This document shows, in pieces, positions 9,928 to 21,099 of a DNA stretch of 29,384 nucleotides. Below the pieces are notes generated by a model. It saw only the letters and a list, made by a program, of their open reading frames with translations. It was not told the DNA's origin and ran no database searches. The DNA comes from Paraspadella gotoi (taxonomy: Eukaryota > Animalia > Chaetognatha). The stretch spans positions 3,845,704 through 3,875,087 of the forward strand of contig CM119264.1 of NCBI GenBank assembly GCA_051294375.1, written 5' to 3'. Every line of letters starts with the position of its first letter. Positions within the stretch are counted from its first letter, which is position 1. The position numbers were made by a program, and so were the translations under genes.

Positions 9928-10462
9928 CTGAGAAAGGGCAACGGTCGGTAAGAATTTAAAATAAAAAAAATATGTATAAATTACAAATTTAAATATACCA
10001 CAAAATTTCAACGGGGAAACGTCGAACACGACTTCTCACATCAAGTACATTTCGAAATAAATTTCGATCGTTGTCGTTGTTGTTGTCGTGGTTGTTGTCG
10101 CATTATCGAAAATCATTCAGTTCAAAAATCGATGAGATAAGACATTCTTAAAGTGGAACAAATTATTTTCAAAGTCGAGCAGCTGAAGGAGTTCTTAACT
10201 GTCTTCTTCAATCAGTTTCTGTCCATGACATAGTTAATTTAATCAATTCATTGCAACTAAAACCTTTTAAAAATAAGCGTCATTGTGTCTCTACAATTTA
10301 TCACAATTCCGTGAAACAACTTCCTCGAATCTTCACTTCCCTTGGCTCAATATTGTGTTTCGAGACTTTAAAGACTCATTTGACAAGACAATTGAATTGT
10401 GGAGTGAATATATACGAGAGAGAGAGAGAGAGAGAGANNNNNNNNNNNNNNNNNNNNNNNNN

Positions 10463-11204
10463 CCAACACGAGAGATGCTACTGCTGCGAGCTGTCGCTGC
10501 TGCGCTGCGCTCCGGGTTTTCCGGCGCGGTCGCGCCCTGAGTGTGCCCGATCCGTGCGCGAGTGTCCCGTGTCCGCGACCGGTGTTCCACGGTCCTCCAA
10601 CGCCGACGATTCCCGTCCGGCGACCGGACGCCTCCCGCCAAACTGGCAGAAAGGGCAAGCGGTCGGTAAGAATTTAAATAAAAAAAAATATGTATATAAT
10701 TACAAAAATTTAAATAATACACAAAATTTCACGGGAACACGTCAACACGAACTTTCACATCATAGTCAAATACTCGAAATAAATTCGATCGTTGTCGTGT
10801 GTTGTTGTCGTGGGTTGTTGTCGCATTATCGAAATACATTCAGTCAAAAAATCGATAGAATAAGACATATGCTTAAAGTGGTACAAATATTAAAAGTCGA
10901 GCAGCTGAAGGGTTCTTAACTGTCTTTTCAATGCAGTTTCTGTCCATGACATAGGTTAATTTAATCGAATTCATTGCAACTAAAAACCTTTTAAAAATAG
11001 CGTCAGGTTAGTCTCTACAATTAATGCACAATCGTGAACAACTTCCTCGAATCTTCACTTCCTGCTCAATTTATGTTTCGAGACTTTAAAGACTCCATTT
11101 GACCAAGAACATTGATTGTGAGTGAATATAATAACGAGAGAGAAGGAGAGAGAAGAGAGAGAGAAGAGAGAGAGAAGAGAAGGAGAGAGAGAAGAGAGAG
11201 ATAG

Positions 11205-11240
<36 letters not shown>
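10463..11240. repeat. Noisy direct duplicate of ~9720-10437 immediately after a 25-N gap
   Basis: Same sequence order (ccgggttttccggcgcggtcgc ... gagactttaaagactc ... GA repeat) with frequent 1-bp indels. Confidence 0.85.
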
Positions 11241-11243
<3 letters not shown>

Positions 11244-11265
11244 ACATAGCATGAGGATATGAATA

Positions 11266-12210
11266 ATGGCCTTCTACGCTTCGGTTAACGAAGACCTCAG
11301 TTCGTCCTACGAGTGTCCAACTTTGGCGCCGACGAATCGATCGTTCGACGCTGATTCCACCGGCGGCGGCGGCGGCGTCTGCGTCGGGAGCGGCGGCCGC
11401 TGCACTGTTATTGGGGACAATAGCGGCGTGGAATGTCAACGGATAAAATGTGACAGTTTTTACCGGGTGAGATGAAGTTTCGTTAAGTAAAGACAAGTCT
11501 ACTAAATTCCTCCTTATCCGGGTTAAAGTATTTCAAACTATAATTCTCTCAAAGTCCCTCTCCTCCTTGACGAGCTACTGGGCCTTCATCCTCCGACGCG
11601 ACGCCACCGTCTTCCTCTTCCTCCTTCTTCCCGCTGCCCTCGTTTTCTCCGGCGCCATCGTCAAATTCGGCGTCGCGGAGGTGCCGAGGGACGTGGCTGA
11701 CAGGTGCCGGGAATGGGGAAAAGTTTCGAGGGACGTGGCTGACAGGTGCTAGGGTAGGGAGATGAAAGTTGCTCACATTACCGGGTATGGGAAGAGAAAG
11801 GTGCCAAGGGATGATGCTGACAACTGCTGAGGTAGGGAAAAAAAAGTGCCGAATGACGTCGTTGGCAGGTGCCGAAGATAGGGAGAGAAGGTGTCAAGGG
11901 GGGTTGATGATGGAGACCCTCTAACATTGACAGGTGCAGAGGTGGGCAAACTAAAAAAACTTAGGCTCATCATTGACAGGTGCAGAGGTTGGTTATTAAG
12001 AATACGAAGCAGGTGCAGGTGAAGAGAAAAGAAGCTGGGAGACACCGCTGACAGATGCCAGTGTCGAGAGAAAGGTGCCGATGTGGGTTTTGTTTTTCGC
12101 TGACTGCGGCACTCGAATGAGAAGGGGGCGTTTGTGTTGCCGTGAATATAGGTTTACGGCGGTGATGAATATTTATTAGGGAGAAGAGAAAGCAATAAAG
12201 AGGAGAAAAT

Positions 12211-12277
<67 letters not shown>

Positions 12278-12628
12278 AAGAGAGAGAGAATGAGAGAAGA
12301 GAGAGAGAGAGATGAGAGAGAATGGGATAGAATGGGGATGGGGTGAGAGAGTCAATAAAGAAACATGGAAAACTAAATATAAAAGAAAAAATAAAGAAAG
12401 AAAGAAAGAAAGAAAGAAATAAAGAAAAAAAGAAAAAAAAAGAAAAGAAAGAGAAAGAAAGAAAGAAAGAAAGAAAGAGAAATTAAACTCTTAAACTTTT
12501 TTTCCCCCCAGGCTCTTTGCCAGTGGCGCTTGTCTCACAGTCATCTGGGCTGCGGTTGTTCTGATTGGCGGTGTTGCTCAAACAGCATCCGTCCGACATT
12601 GACTACAGAAGTTTTGACAATCCCTTGA
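11266..12628 (+). CDS. Candidate small single-pass membrane protein gene, exons 11266-11466, 11555-11680, 12512-12628 (copy A)
   Basis: All junctions phase 0 and GT-AG (CGG|gtgaga, caaag|, GAG|gtgccg, ccccag|). Exon 1 is Cys/Gly-rich; exon 2 SLSSLTSYWAFILRRDATVFLFLLLPAALVFSGAIVKFGVAE has strongly C-ending codons and a hydrophobic helix; exon 3 is Cys-rich, and another frame gives SDIDYRSFDNPLTNELVDIDF. Copy B differs by indels so frames are uncertain. Confidence 0.5.
11681..12080 (+). repeat. Degenerate ~20-45 bp tandem repeat with (TGAC)AGGTGC core (copy at ~17748-18170)
   Basis: CAGGTG at 11701, 11743, 11866, 11931, 11977, 12010, 12016; TGACAG at 11698, 11740, 11928, 11974, 12049. Confidence 0.75.
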
Positions 12629-12879
12629 CCAATGAGCTTGTCGATATTGACTTTTCAGTGTTCCATGCCAACTCAAATTTCCAACTCAATCAATGTCTGG
12701 ATTTCTCGGACCCAATCGGAGTTTCGATTCCGAATTTATTCTAAATATGTGAATATGTGAATATGTGAATATGTGAATATTCCGAAAACTTTTCACTTGT
12801 TCTCGTCAAATTACGTCGACAATGCATTATAATAATTCTGAGACGAACTATAGATTTATATGAAAATTGTTGATCGCTC

Positions 12880-13431
12880 TAGCACCGTCGGTGGTTTAAG
12901 TTAAAAAACAAACCCACTATTTCTTTGTTTTTAATAGACGTTTCAGTATTTTCTTTATGCAGTAAGCTTCGGCCAATATTTTAATTTTGGGTTTATGCCC
13001 GATGATTGCTTGTTGCCTTTGTTCTTGTTTTCTTCACTCTCACGATCTTTTGCTCTAAAAACTTAACTTTCTCATCTTTACGAACAAGATTTTGCTCTTA
13101 GCCCTCACTCTTTCCACCTTTAGGACTGTCCTACTGCTCTGAACCTTACCTCACGTCACTTCAGTTGGCCCTCTGCTCTCAGCCCTCTTTCTCTCCCTCC
13201 TCTTGAGCGACTGTCCTCTGTCTTACCCTCACCCTGTCTCACTTCACGATGGCCTTTGCTCTTGAAAGCCCGGCTCCGAGATGCGGTTCGGCGCCTTTCC
13301 GCCGACCGTCCGTCCTTCGTCGTCAGCGCACGTTTCCGGCGTTCCCCATGGGTAGGGTGGCACCCGCATGGGGAAGGGAGAGTCACGTTCATGCCAAAGC
13401 GTCTCCAGAATGGAGAGGGCGTAATCTGAGC
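12880..13431 (-). CDS. Candidate terminal exon of a further - strand gene (copy B ~18991-19573), E/K/R/Q-rich
   Basis: cccccgtttctccag acceptor in both copies; reads SDYALSILETLW... then purine-rich charged sequence (EERVRREQNSPSKDEKVKGLEQKIVRV in copy B). Frames broken by indels, no domain recognised, 3' end approximate. Confidence 0.35.
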
Positions 13432-13502
13432 CTGGAGAAACGGGGGGGCGATATGTGGGGATTAAGGATTAATGAAGGATTAATATTGGCCCTACTGTTT
13501 AT

Positions 13503-14109
13503 TAGGGCCGGAAAGGTTTTGAAAACTAGAAGTTCTCTCAAATAAATAATCGCATAAAGTGACTGTTAGATAATATGAAATAAAAATAATGTTTAAAAAT
13601 TAATCTATTAATAAGCGCACGGAGCATATCAAGATTATTTTTATTACTATATATATGTTAAAAATTTGTTTGGAATTTCTTTCAATTTTTTAATGGATTC
13701 TGATAGAGCTTTAAAAGTTAGATTAAAGGTTATTAATACAAATTTTAAAATTTTTTTGTTTTTTGATAAAAATTTTAAAAAACTTAACATTTAGCCATGA
13801 TGATGATGATGATGATTTTTAAACGTTTTCTCGTTTAGCAATTCTTGTCAAAATTTTCAAAATTGTAGTACTAATTTCATTTAACTTTAAGACAAGCCTC
13901 TATAGGAATCCGTTTCTTAAAACTAATTTTTTTAAAAAAAATTTTTGTCATTTTTGTTATATATTAATAAATATTTAAGAAGCTTCAGTGCACAATCCAT
14001 GAACTAATTCAAAAAGTTGCATTGAATCGATTTAGTAATAGAAGGAAAAAAAGAATTTTTTTTGAGAGAGTTAAAAGTTATAAAAAGTGTTCAATTTTGG
14101 CCCGCCTTA
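13503..14109. mobile_element. Non-autonomous DNA transposon (MITE, hAT-like), ~607 bp
   Basis: Absent from the duplicate locus (gcctaCTGTTTATtgcctg at ~19633-19651). Flanked by CTGTTTAT (13495-13502) and CTGTTTTTAT (14110-14119); imperfect TIRs tagggccggaaa / ttttggcccgcctta; AT-rich non-coding interior with inverted symmetry (gattctgatagagctttaaaagtt vs aactttaagacaagcctctataggaatc). 8-bp TSD and TAGGG start are typical of hAT. Confidence 0.75.
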
Positions 14110-14880
14110 CTGTTTTTATTGCCTGTTGTTTTACTTTTAAAAAATATATATCAATTTGGTTTTGAATTATAATGTCAATGGATGTGTGAAGAAATTTGTT
14201 CGGGAAAGAGAACGGATTTTTTAAAAGTTCATCTTTCGAATTTGAATTATTGCATAATTTTAATAGTATATAATATTAGGGCAACAGCCGGGTTGCATGT
14301 GATGCCATTGGGATGGGGCATCTCAACTGTTGGCTTTGGGGGCTTCCGACCCTCAGTGACGCCTCTAGTCACTGGCGCGGTTACCGCTTGATCGGGCTGT
14401 TTGCAACCAGCAGAGGGACTGTGGAATTGTCGAACTCCATCACCCATCACATTTTCACTCCCTCACCCATTTGTAAAACTCGCGTCAGCCAAAAACCCCA
14501 CGATGTGTGTGTGGGGGAATCTCTATGGAGTTTTACGACGGAGAAGGAAAAAAATCATTATCTTCACCTCATCCGAAATAGCGACTGNNNNNNNNNNNNN
14601 NNNNNNNNNNNNGTCTGTTGTGGGGGTGGGTAAATTAGGCGAATTAACTACCAGAAGGTAAAACTTAACATCTCAACAAAAACTCTCAACTCATGATCAA
14701 GTTAAGTTTTTAACATTTTAACATTAACAGTCACCGATGAAAATGGAAAATATGCGCCATTTAAACTACCGCCGGAATCCGATCAACGAGCGGACAAATA
14801 TTTGGCCCGAACGGGCATGAGCTTCGTTTGGGCTGAGATCAGATTGACACCGACCAGCTGTGATGTGGAACGTTACTCAC

Positions 14881-14977
14881 TGTACCACCAGGCCCTTTGT
14901 AGTTTTGAGGCGCAGTTGACAGCTTCGTAGTTGTCGTGTCCGAATCCCACGTGGAGAAAGGGCGACCGCTGTGATAA
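14881..14977 (-). CDS. FReD penultimate exon, copy B (presumably in the N gap of copy A)
   Basis: gtcacag acceptor, gtgagt donor; (S)YHSGRPFSTWDSD-x-DNYEAVNCA-x-NYKG-x-WWY with 1-bp indels: FST-D-DND...NCA...WWY motif. Phase 1 joins the last exon to give WWYNACH. Confidence 0.88.
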
Positions 14978-15124
14978 CTGTGACAGAGGTAATGTAGTTG
15001 TGAATAAGCGCAAAAGATTTTCAAGACTCGGTTATGTCCTCTGGAATAGTACCAATAGATATTGGGTTGACCTTCGACCTTCGACCTTCGAACTTTGCCA
15101 AAGGCGAACTTCCGCGCCATTTAC

Positions 15125-15218
15125 CTCAAGGAGTTCGCCGGCCGTTCCTCTAAAACCACTCAGTCCATTGATACTTTGACTTTTCGTCTCCCATCGTAAA
15201 TAAGTTGTACTCGCGAAT
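15125..15218 (-). CDS. FReD exon, copy B
   Basis: gctcag acceptor, gtaaat donor; FA(E)YNLFTMGDEKSKYQ...LSGFRGTAG.SL with small indels. Confidence 0.85.
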
Positions 15219-15404
15219 CTGAGCGACGATTAAAAGTAATATTAATATTAATAATGCTATGATAAATTAAATGATATTCTTTCATCATGACCATAAATTT
15301 AAAAAATAAAATAGTACTCGAATTTAGCTAACATGCTCTTGTATATTTTCAAGTTTCGAAAAAGCTTTTGATATAATCGTTATACCCGTTTTTTTTTCCC
15401 CTAC

Positions 15405-15659
15405 TTTTTGTTTCCTTGAAAATCCTCCTATCGATTCTCAACGTATTCTTTCCCATCGAGCGAATTTGTGAATGTTTCGAGTCCTAGTGAAACCATAAAA
15501 TAAATCATTCAAAAAATGCTGTCCTTGTCACCATTAAACGCCCCCTCACCTAGCCAGTATTCTCCAGAGACTGATCCGAATCCCATTTGTACTCTTGCCA
15601 TCCTCTGTAGAATCCACATCGCCGCTCTCTCGCCTCAATTACGGTCAGCCAGCCTCCGC
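15405..15659 (-). CDS. Two FReD exons, copy B (15659-15550 and 15483-15405)
   Basis: Near-identical to 7496-7386 and 7321-7240 apart from 1-bp indels. Confidence 0.85.
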
Positions 15660-15721
15660 CTGAAACAATTCCATTTCTAGACAATTTGAATAATTAACTC
15701 TCTCTCTCTCTCTCTCTCTCG

Positions 15722-15791
<70 letters not shown>

Positions 15792-15885
15792 ACTCTCTCT
15801 CACTCTCTCTTTTTTTCACTAAAATTCCATAAAATCGTAACATTTCTTCCCCCTTCAGCTACGACCCCTTCTGACCCCAATTAAC

Positions 15886-16022
15886 CAAAATGACTTCAGT
15901 CTCGACATCGCAAACGACGTCCATGTATTGCGTCCTCGGGAGATGTGTACACTCGGTTTTGTCGCCGCCGAATTCTTTGACTTCGACGCAAGTGCGCGGA
16001 TGGAGCTGACGAACGCTCTTGC
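15886..16022 (-). CDS. FReD N-terminal exon, copy B
   Basis: cctcag acceptor, gttaat donor; KSVRQLHPRTCVEVKEFGGDKT(G)VYTI.PRTQYMDVVCDVETEVIL matches the PRDC...GVY.I.P...V.CD motif (small deletions). Confidence 0.85.
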
Positions 16023-16137
16023 CTGAGGATGGAAAGGAATGACGACATTCTCTTTAAAAAATAATGAGTTTGACCCATGTTTCTTTTTTAATCTCACCCG
16101 GATTAGGTCGTTCCCAAACTTTTCTCCTCACCCAGTG

Positions 16138-16421
16138 TCGGCCTGAGCAAGGCTCTTTGCCTTATCTAGTTTGGGCCTGACCAACGCCCTTCTTCTCACC
16201 CGGTTTGGGCCTGACCAAGGCTCTTTGCCTTATCTAGTTTGGGCCTGACTCAACACCTTTCCTCACCGGTTTGGGCTGACCCAAGGCTCTTTGCCTTATC
16301 TAGTTTGGGCCTGACTCAAAGCCTTTCTCCTCACCGGTTTGGGCTGACCCAAGGCCCTTTGCCTTATCTAGTTTTGGGCCTGACTCAACGCCCTTCTCCT
16401 CACCCGTTTGGGCCTGACCCA
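16138..16421. repeat. Minisatellite, ~67-bp unit (two ~33-bp subunits), 4 full units; 1 full unit at ~9521-9608
   Basis: Unit gggcctgacccaaggctctttgccttatctagtttgggcctgactcaacgccctttcctcacccggttt. Confidence 0.9.
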
Positions 16422-16733
16422 ACACCCGTGGATGACATCCCCCACATTTTGCTCTGGCGGCGAAGGCCTCTTCCAGATCCGCCCTCGCCGTCGCCAACTG
16501 ATCCTGGACTTCGGCGATGCCTCCAGAGCAGCGAATCTCGACGCCGCCTCGCCCGCTGCTGCCGCTACTGCTGGCGACGCTTCCGCTGCTGCCGCTGCCG
16601 ACCCGGGTTTTCCGGCGCGTCGCTGCCCTGAGTGTGCCTCGATCCGTGGCGCGGAGTGTCCCGGTCCGCGACCGGTTCCACGGTACTCCAACGCGACGAT
16701 TCCCGTCGGCGATCCGCGACGCTCCCGCCCAAA
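16404..16733 (-). CDS. FReD Gly/Ser-rich + coiled-coil exon, copy B (frameshifted)
   Basis: Colinear with 9588-9927. Confidence 0.65.
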
Positions 16734-17242
16734 CTGAGAAAGGGCAACGGTCGTAAGAATTTAAAATAAAAAAAATATGTATAAATTACAAATTTTAATA
16801 TACCAAAAATTTCAACGGGGAAACGTCGAACACGACTTCTCACATCAAGTACATTTCGAAATAAATTCGATCGTTGTCGTTGTTGTTGTCGGTTGTTGTC
16901 GCATTATCGAAATCATTCAGTTCAAAAATCGATGAGATAAGACATTCTTAAAGTGGAACAAATTATTTTCAAAGTCGAGCAGCTGAAGGAGTTCTTAACT
17001 GTCTTCTTCAATCAGTTTCTGTCCATGACTAGTAATTTAATCAATTCATTGCAACTAAAACCTTTTTAAAAATAAGCGTCATTTGTGTCTCTACAATTTA
17101 TCACAATTCCGTGAAACAACTTCCTCGAATCTTCACTTCCCTTGGTCAATATTGTGTTTCGAGACTTTAAAGACTCATTGACAAGACATTGAATTGTGGA
17201 GTGAAATATATACGAGAAGAGAGAGAGAGAGAGAGAGAGAGT

Positions 17243-17295
<53 letters not shown>

Positions 17296-17318
17296 GAGAA
17301 GACACATTAGGAATGATA

Positions 17319-18341
17319 ATGGCCTTCCTACGCTCGGATCAACGGAAACCTCAGTTCAGGGTCCTATCGGTGTCAACGTTTGCGCCGACGAATCGATCGT
17401 CGACGCTGATTCGCACCGGCGGCGGCGGCGGCGTTGCGTCGGAGCGGCGGCCGGCTGGCACTGTTATTGGGGACGATAAGCGGCGTGGATGTCAACGGAT
17501 AAAATGTGAAGTTTTTTACCGGGTGAGATGAAGTTTCGTTAAGTAAGACAGTCTAGACTAAATTCCTTTATCCGGTTAAAAGTCTTTCAAAACTATATAT
17601 TCTCTAAGTCGCCTCCTCATCATTGACGAGGCTACTGCCTTCATCCTCCGACGCGACGCCACGTCTTCCTCTCCTCCTCTTTTCCCGCTGCACTCGTTTT
17701 CTCCCGGGCCATCGTCAAAACGCATCGGATCGCTTTTTTCGCGGAAGGTGCCGAGGGACGTGGCTGACAGGTGCCGGAGATGGGAAGGAGACGTTAGTCC
17801 GGGAAGTTGAGGACGTGGCATGACAGGTGCTAGGGGTAGGGAGATGAAAGTTTGGCTCATATACCGGTATGGGAAGAGAAGGTGCCAGGGATGATGCTTG
17901 ACATACTGCTAGGTAGGGGAAAAAGTGGGCGAATGACGTCGTTGGCAAGGGGTGGCCGAAGATAGGGAGAGAAGGTGTCAAGGGGGTTGATGATGAGACC
18001 CTCATAACATTGACAGGTGCAGAGGTGGGGCATAACTAAAAAAAACTTAGGCCATCATTGGACTAGGTGGCAGAGGTTGGTTAATTAGGAAAGCGAAGCA
18101 GGTCAGGGATGAAGAGAAAAGAAGCTGGGAGACACGCTGACAGATGCCAGTGTCGAGAGAATAAGGTGCCGATGTGGGTTTTGGTTTTTTCGGCTGACTG
18201 GCGGCACTCGAAGAGAAGGGGGCGTTTGTGTTGCCGTGGAATATAGGTTACGGCGTGATGAAATATTATTAGGGAGAAGAGAAAGCAATAAAGGAGAAAA
18301 TAAAATGGAGAGAGAGAGAGAGAGAGAAGAGGAGAAGAGAG

Positions 18342-18388
<47 letters not shown>

Positions 18389-18745
18389 TAGAGAGGGAGA
18401 GAGAGAGAGAGGAAGAATGAGAGAAATGGGAAGAATGGTGGGGTGAGAGACTCCAATAAAGAAACATGAGAAACTAAATATAAGAAAAAAATAAAGAAAG
18501 AAGAAAAAGAAAGAAAGAAATAAAGAAAAAAGAAGAAGAAAAAAGAAAAGAAGTAAGAAAGAAAGAAAGAAAGAAGAAAGAAGAAATTAAACTCTTAAAC
18601 TTTTTTCCGCGCCCAGGCTCTTTGCCAGTGTGGCTTGTCTGCAGCAGTCTCTGGGGCTGCGGTTGTTGCTGATTGGCTGGTGTTGGGCTTCAAAACAGCA
18701 TCCGTCCGACTGACTACAGAAGTTTTGACAATCCTTGACCAATGA
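17319..18745 (+). CDS. Copy B of the candidate small membrane protein gene (exons ~17319-17522, 17609-17747, 18617-~18745), frameshifted
   Basis: Colinear with 11266-12628, with equivalent splice sites. Confidence 0.4.
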
Positions 18746-20334
18746 GCTTGGTCGATATTGACTTTTCAGTGTTCATGCCAACTCAAATTTCCAACTCAAT
18801 CAATGTCTGGATTTCTCGAACCCAAAGGAGTTTCGATTCCGAAATTTATTCTAAATATCGTGAATATGTGAATATGATGAATGTATTTCCGAAAACTTTC
18901 ACTTTCTCGATCATAGTAATTACGTCGACAATGCATTATAAATAAATCTGAGACGAACTTAATAGATTTATATGAAAATTGTTTGATCGCCTACGCACCG
19001 TCGGTGGTTTTAAAGTTAAAAACAAACCAACTATTTCTTTGTTTTAATAGACGTTTCAGTATTTTCTTTATGCAGTAAGCTTCGGCCAATATTTTAATTT
19101 TGGGTTCGCTATGCCCCGATGATTGCGCTTTGTTGGCGCTTTGTTCTTGTGTTCTTACTCTCACGATCTTTTGCTCTAAACCTTTAACTTTCTCATCTTT
19201 AGAAGGCGAATTTTGCTCTCTCCTCACCCTCTCTTCCACTTTTAGGACCTGTCTCCTCTGCTCTGAAACCTTACCGCTTACGTCACCTTCACATTGGCCC
19301 TACTGTCTCTCACCCTCTCTTCTCCGCTCCTCTTGCGACTGTCCTCCTGCTCTTTAGCCTCACCCTGTCTCACACCTTCACCGATGGCCTTTGCTCTTGA
19401 AAGCCCCGGCTCCGAGATGCGGTTCGGCGCCTTTCACGCCGACCGCTCCTCCTTCGTCGTCAGCGGCCAACGTTTCCAGGCGTTGCCCATGGGTAGGCTG
19501 CACCCGCATGGGGAGAGGAGAGTCACGTTCATCCAAAGCGTTTCGGCAGAATGGAGAGGGCGTAATCTGAGGCCTGGAGAAACGGGGGGCGAATATGTGG
19601 GGCGATTAGGATTAATGAAGGATATAATATTCGCCTACTGTTTATTGCCTGTTGTTTTACTTTTAAAAAATTATATATCAATTTTGGTTTTGAATTATTA
19701 AATTGTCGATGGAGTGTGTGAAGAAAATTTGTGTGGAAAGAGAACGGATTTTTTAAAAAAGTTCATACTTTCGAATTTGATATATTATTGCATAATTTTA
19801 ATATGTAATATAATATTAGGCGGCAACAGCCGGGTTTGCATGTGATGCCCATTGTGGATGGGGCATCTCACTGTTGGCTTTGGGGCTTCCGACCCTGCAG
19901 TGACGCCTGCATAGTCACTGGGCGCGGTTACCCTAGGAGCGGGCCTCGCTTGGCCACGCAGAGGAGCTGTGGAATTGTCGAACTCCAATGCAGCCATCAA
20001 ATTTTCACTCCTCACCGCATTTGTTAAAACTCGCGTCAGCCAAAAGACCGCCACGATGTGTGTGTGGGGGAAACTCTATGGAAGTTTACGACGGAGAAGG
20101 AAAAAATCATTATCTTCACCTCATCCGAATAGGCGACTGTCGACCTTTTCATTTTTCCCAGCGAGACTTTCATTAGAGAAAAGAGAGAAAAATCTTATTT
20201 ATGGGCAAATTAAAAAAGCTCTACTTTTTTCCTTTTTTTCCCCTTTTTTTTCGGGAGGAAAGAATGAATTTTTTTTTGCTTCTGTTAACAAAAGAGAATA
20301 AGTGGAGCATGCAGGGCGGGGTTGAATTAGAGAG

Positions 20335-20422
<88 letters not shown>

Positions 20423-21062
20423 TAGATTCATTTTTCAGGTTAATGTTTCGGCCCGAGTTTACAGAGAGAGAGAGAAAGGAGCGTGGGAGATTAAGTAAAA
20501 CGAATGTAGAAGATATAAAAAGTAATGGGCAGAGGCGCTCTCATCTTTGGTGATGATACTTTGCAGCGTGCCCGATCGGTCGAGCGTGAAAGGGCAGAGG
20601 CGTGGAGCGGTCTACCGCGCGTTAATGGATTTCGTTTCTTTGTAACTGGATTAGGGATAATAATTTTAACTAATAACCATTAACTGATAATTTGTGAACT
20701 TTTAAACTGTTTTTTCTTCTTCTTATTATGACATCATTTAAGCATAATGGTGGTACTCACTTGGTTTATAAAATTGGTACAACCAATATAAAAATTATTC
20801 ATTCATGTATTAAATAAGTTATCTTGCCCTGACTTTGGACAGGCTTTGGTGGTTTAAGGCCTCCATCACTCTTACAAGATAATAAATTATAAATATAATA
20901 ATATATAATTATAAATTATGTCGAGCGACCTATTATAATACCAAGCTGAAACAAGTTCGAGTGAATGGAATTTTACAAATAAAGAACATTGATCTTGAAT
21001 CGTTAAAAACAATTTCCTGGCATTTCGTGTTTTTTCTGCTTTCTCTGCAGGTCGCTAAATTA

Positions 21063-21099
<37 letters not shown>

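Larger units (their letters stand above)
14613..20139. repeat. Copy B of a large direct duplication of ~6519-14587
   Basis: Colinear with copy A from ctgttgtgggggtgggtaaattagg to cctcatccgaa...gcgactg; begins right after the 25-N gap 14588-14612; lacks the 7572-~8940 block, the 10463-11240 duplicate and the MITE. Confidence 0.9.

Noticed and set aside
11270-11405. Pro-rich 5' exon of the FReD gene on the - strand
   Set aside because: Weak donor and inconsistent frames between copies; the + strand reading splices more coherently.
11555-11680. Resemblance of AFILRR...LLLPAAL to Cys-loop receptor TM1
   Set aside because: No Cys-loop, TM2-TM4 or ligand-binding exons nearby; similarity too short.
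3534-12512. FReD gene nested in the last intron of the ZP gene (3534 donor to 12512 acceptor is phase compatible, reading GSLPVALV)
   Set aside because: A nearer TM exon exists at 5343-5536, and 12512 is explained by the local 3-exon model. Not excluded without transcripts.
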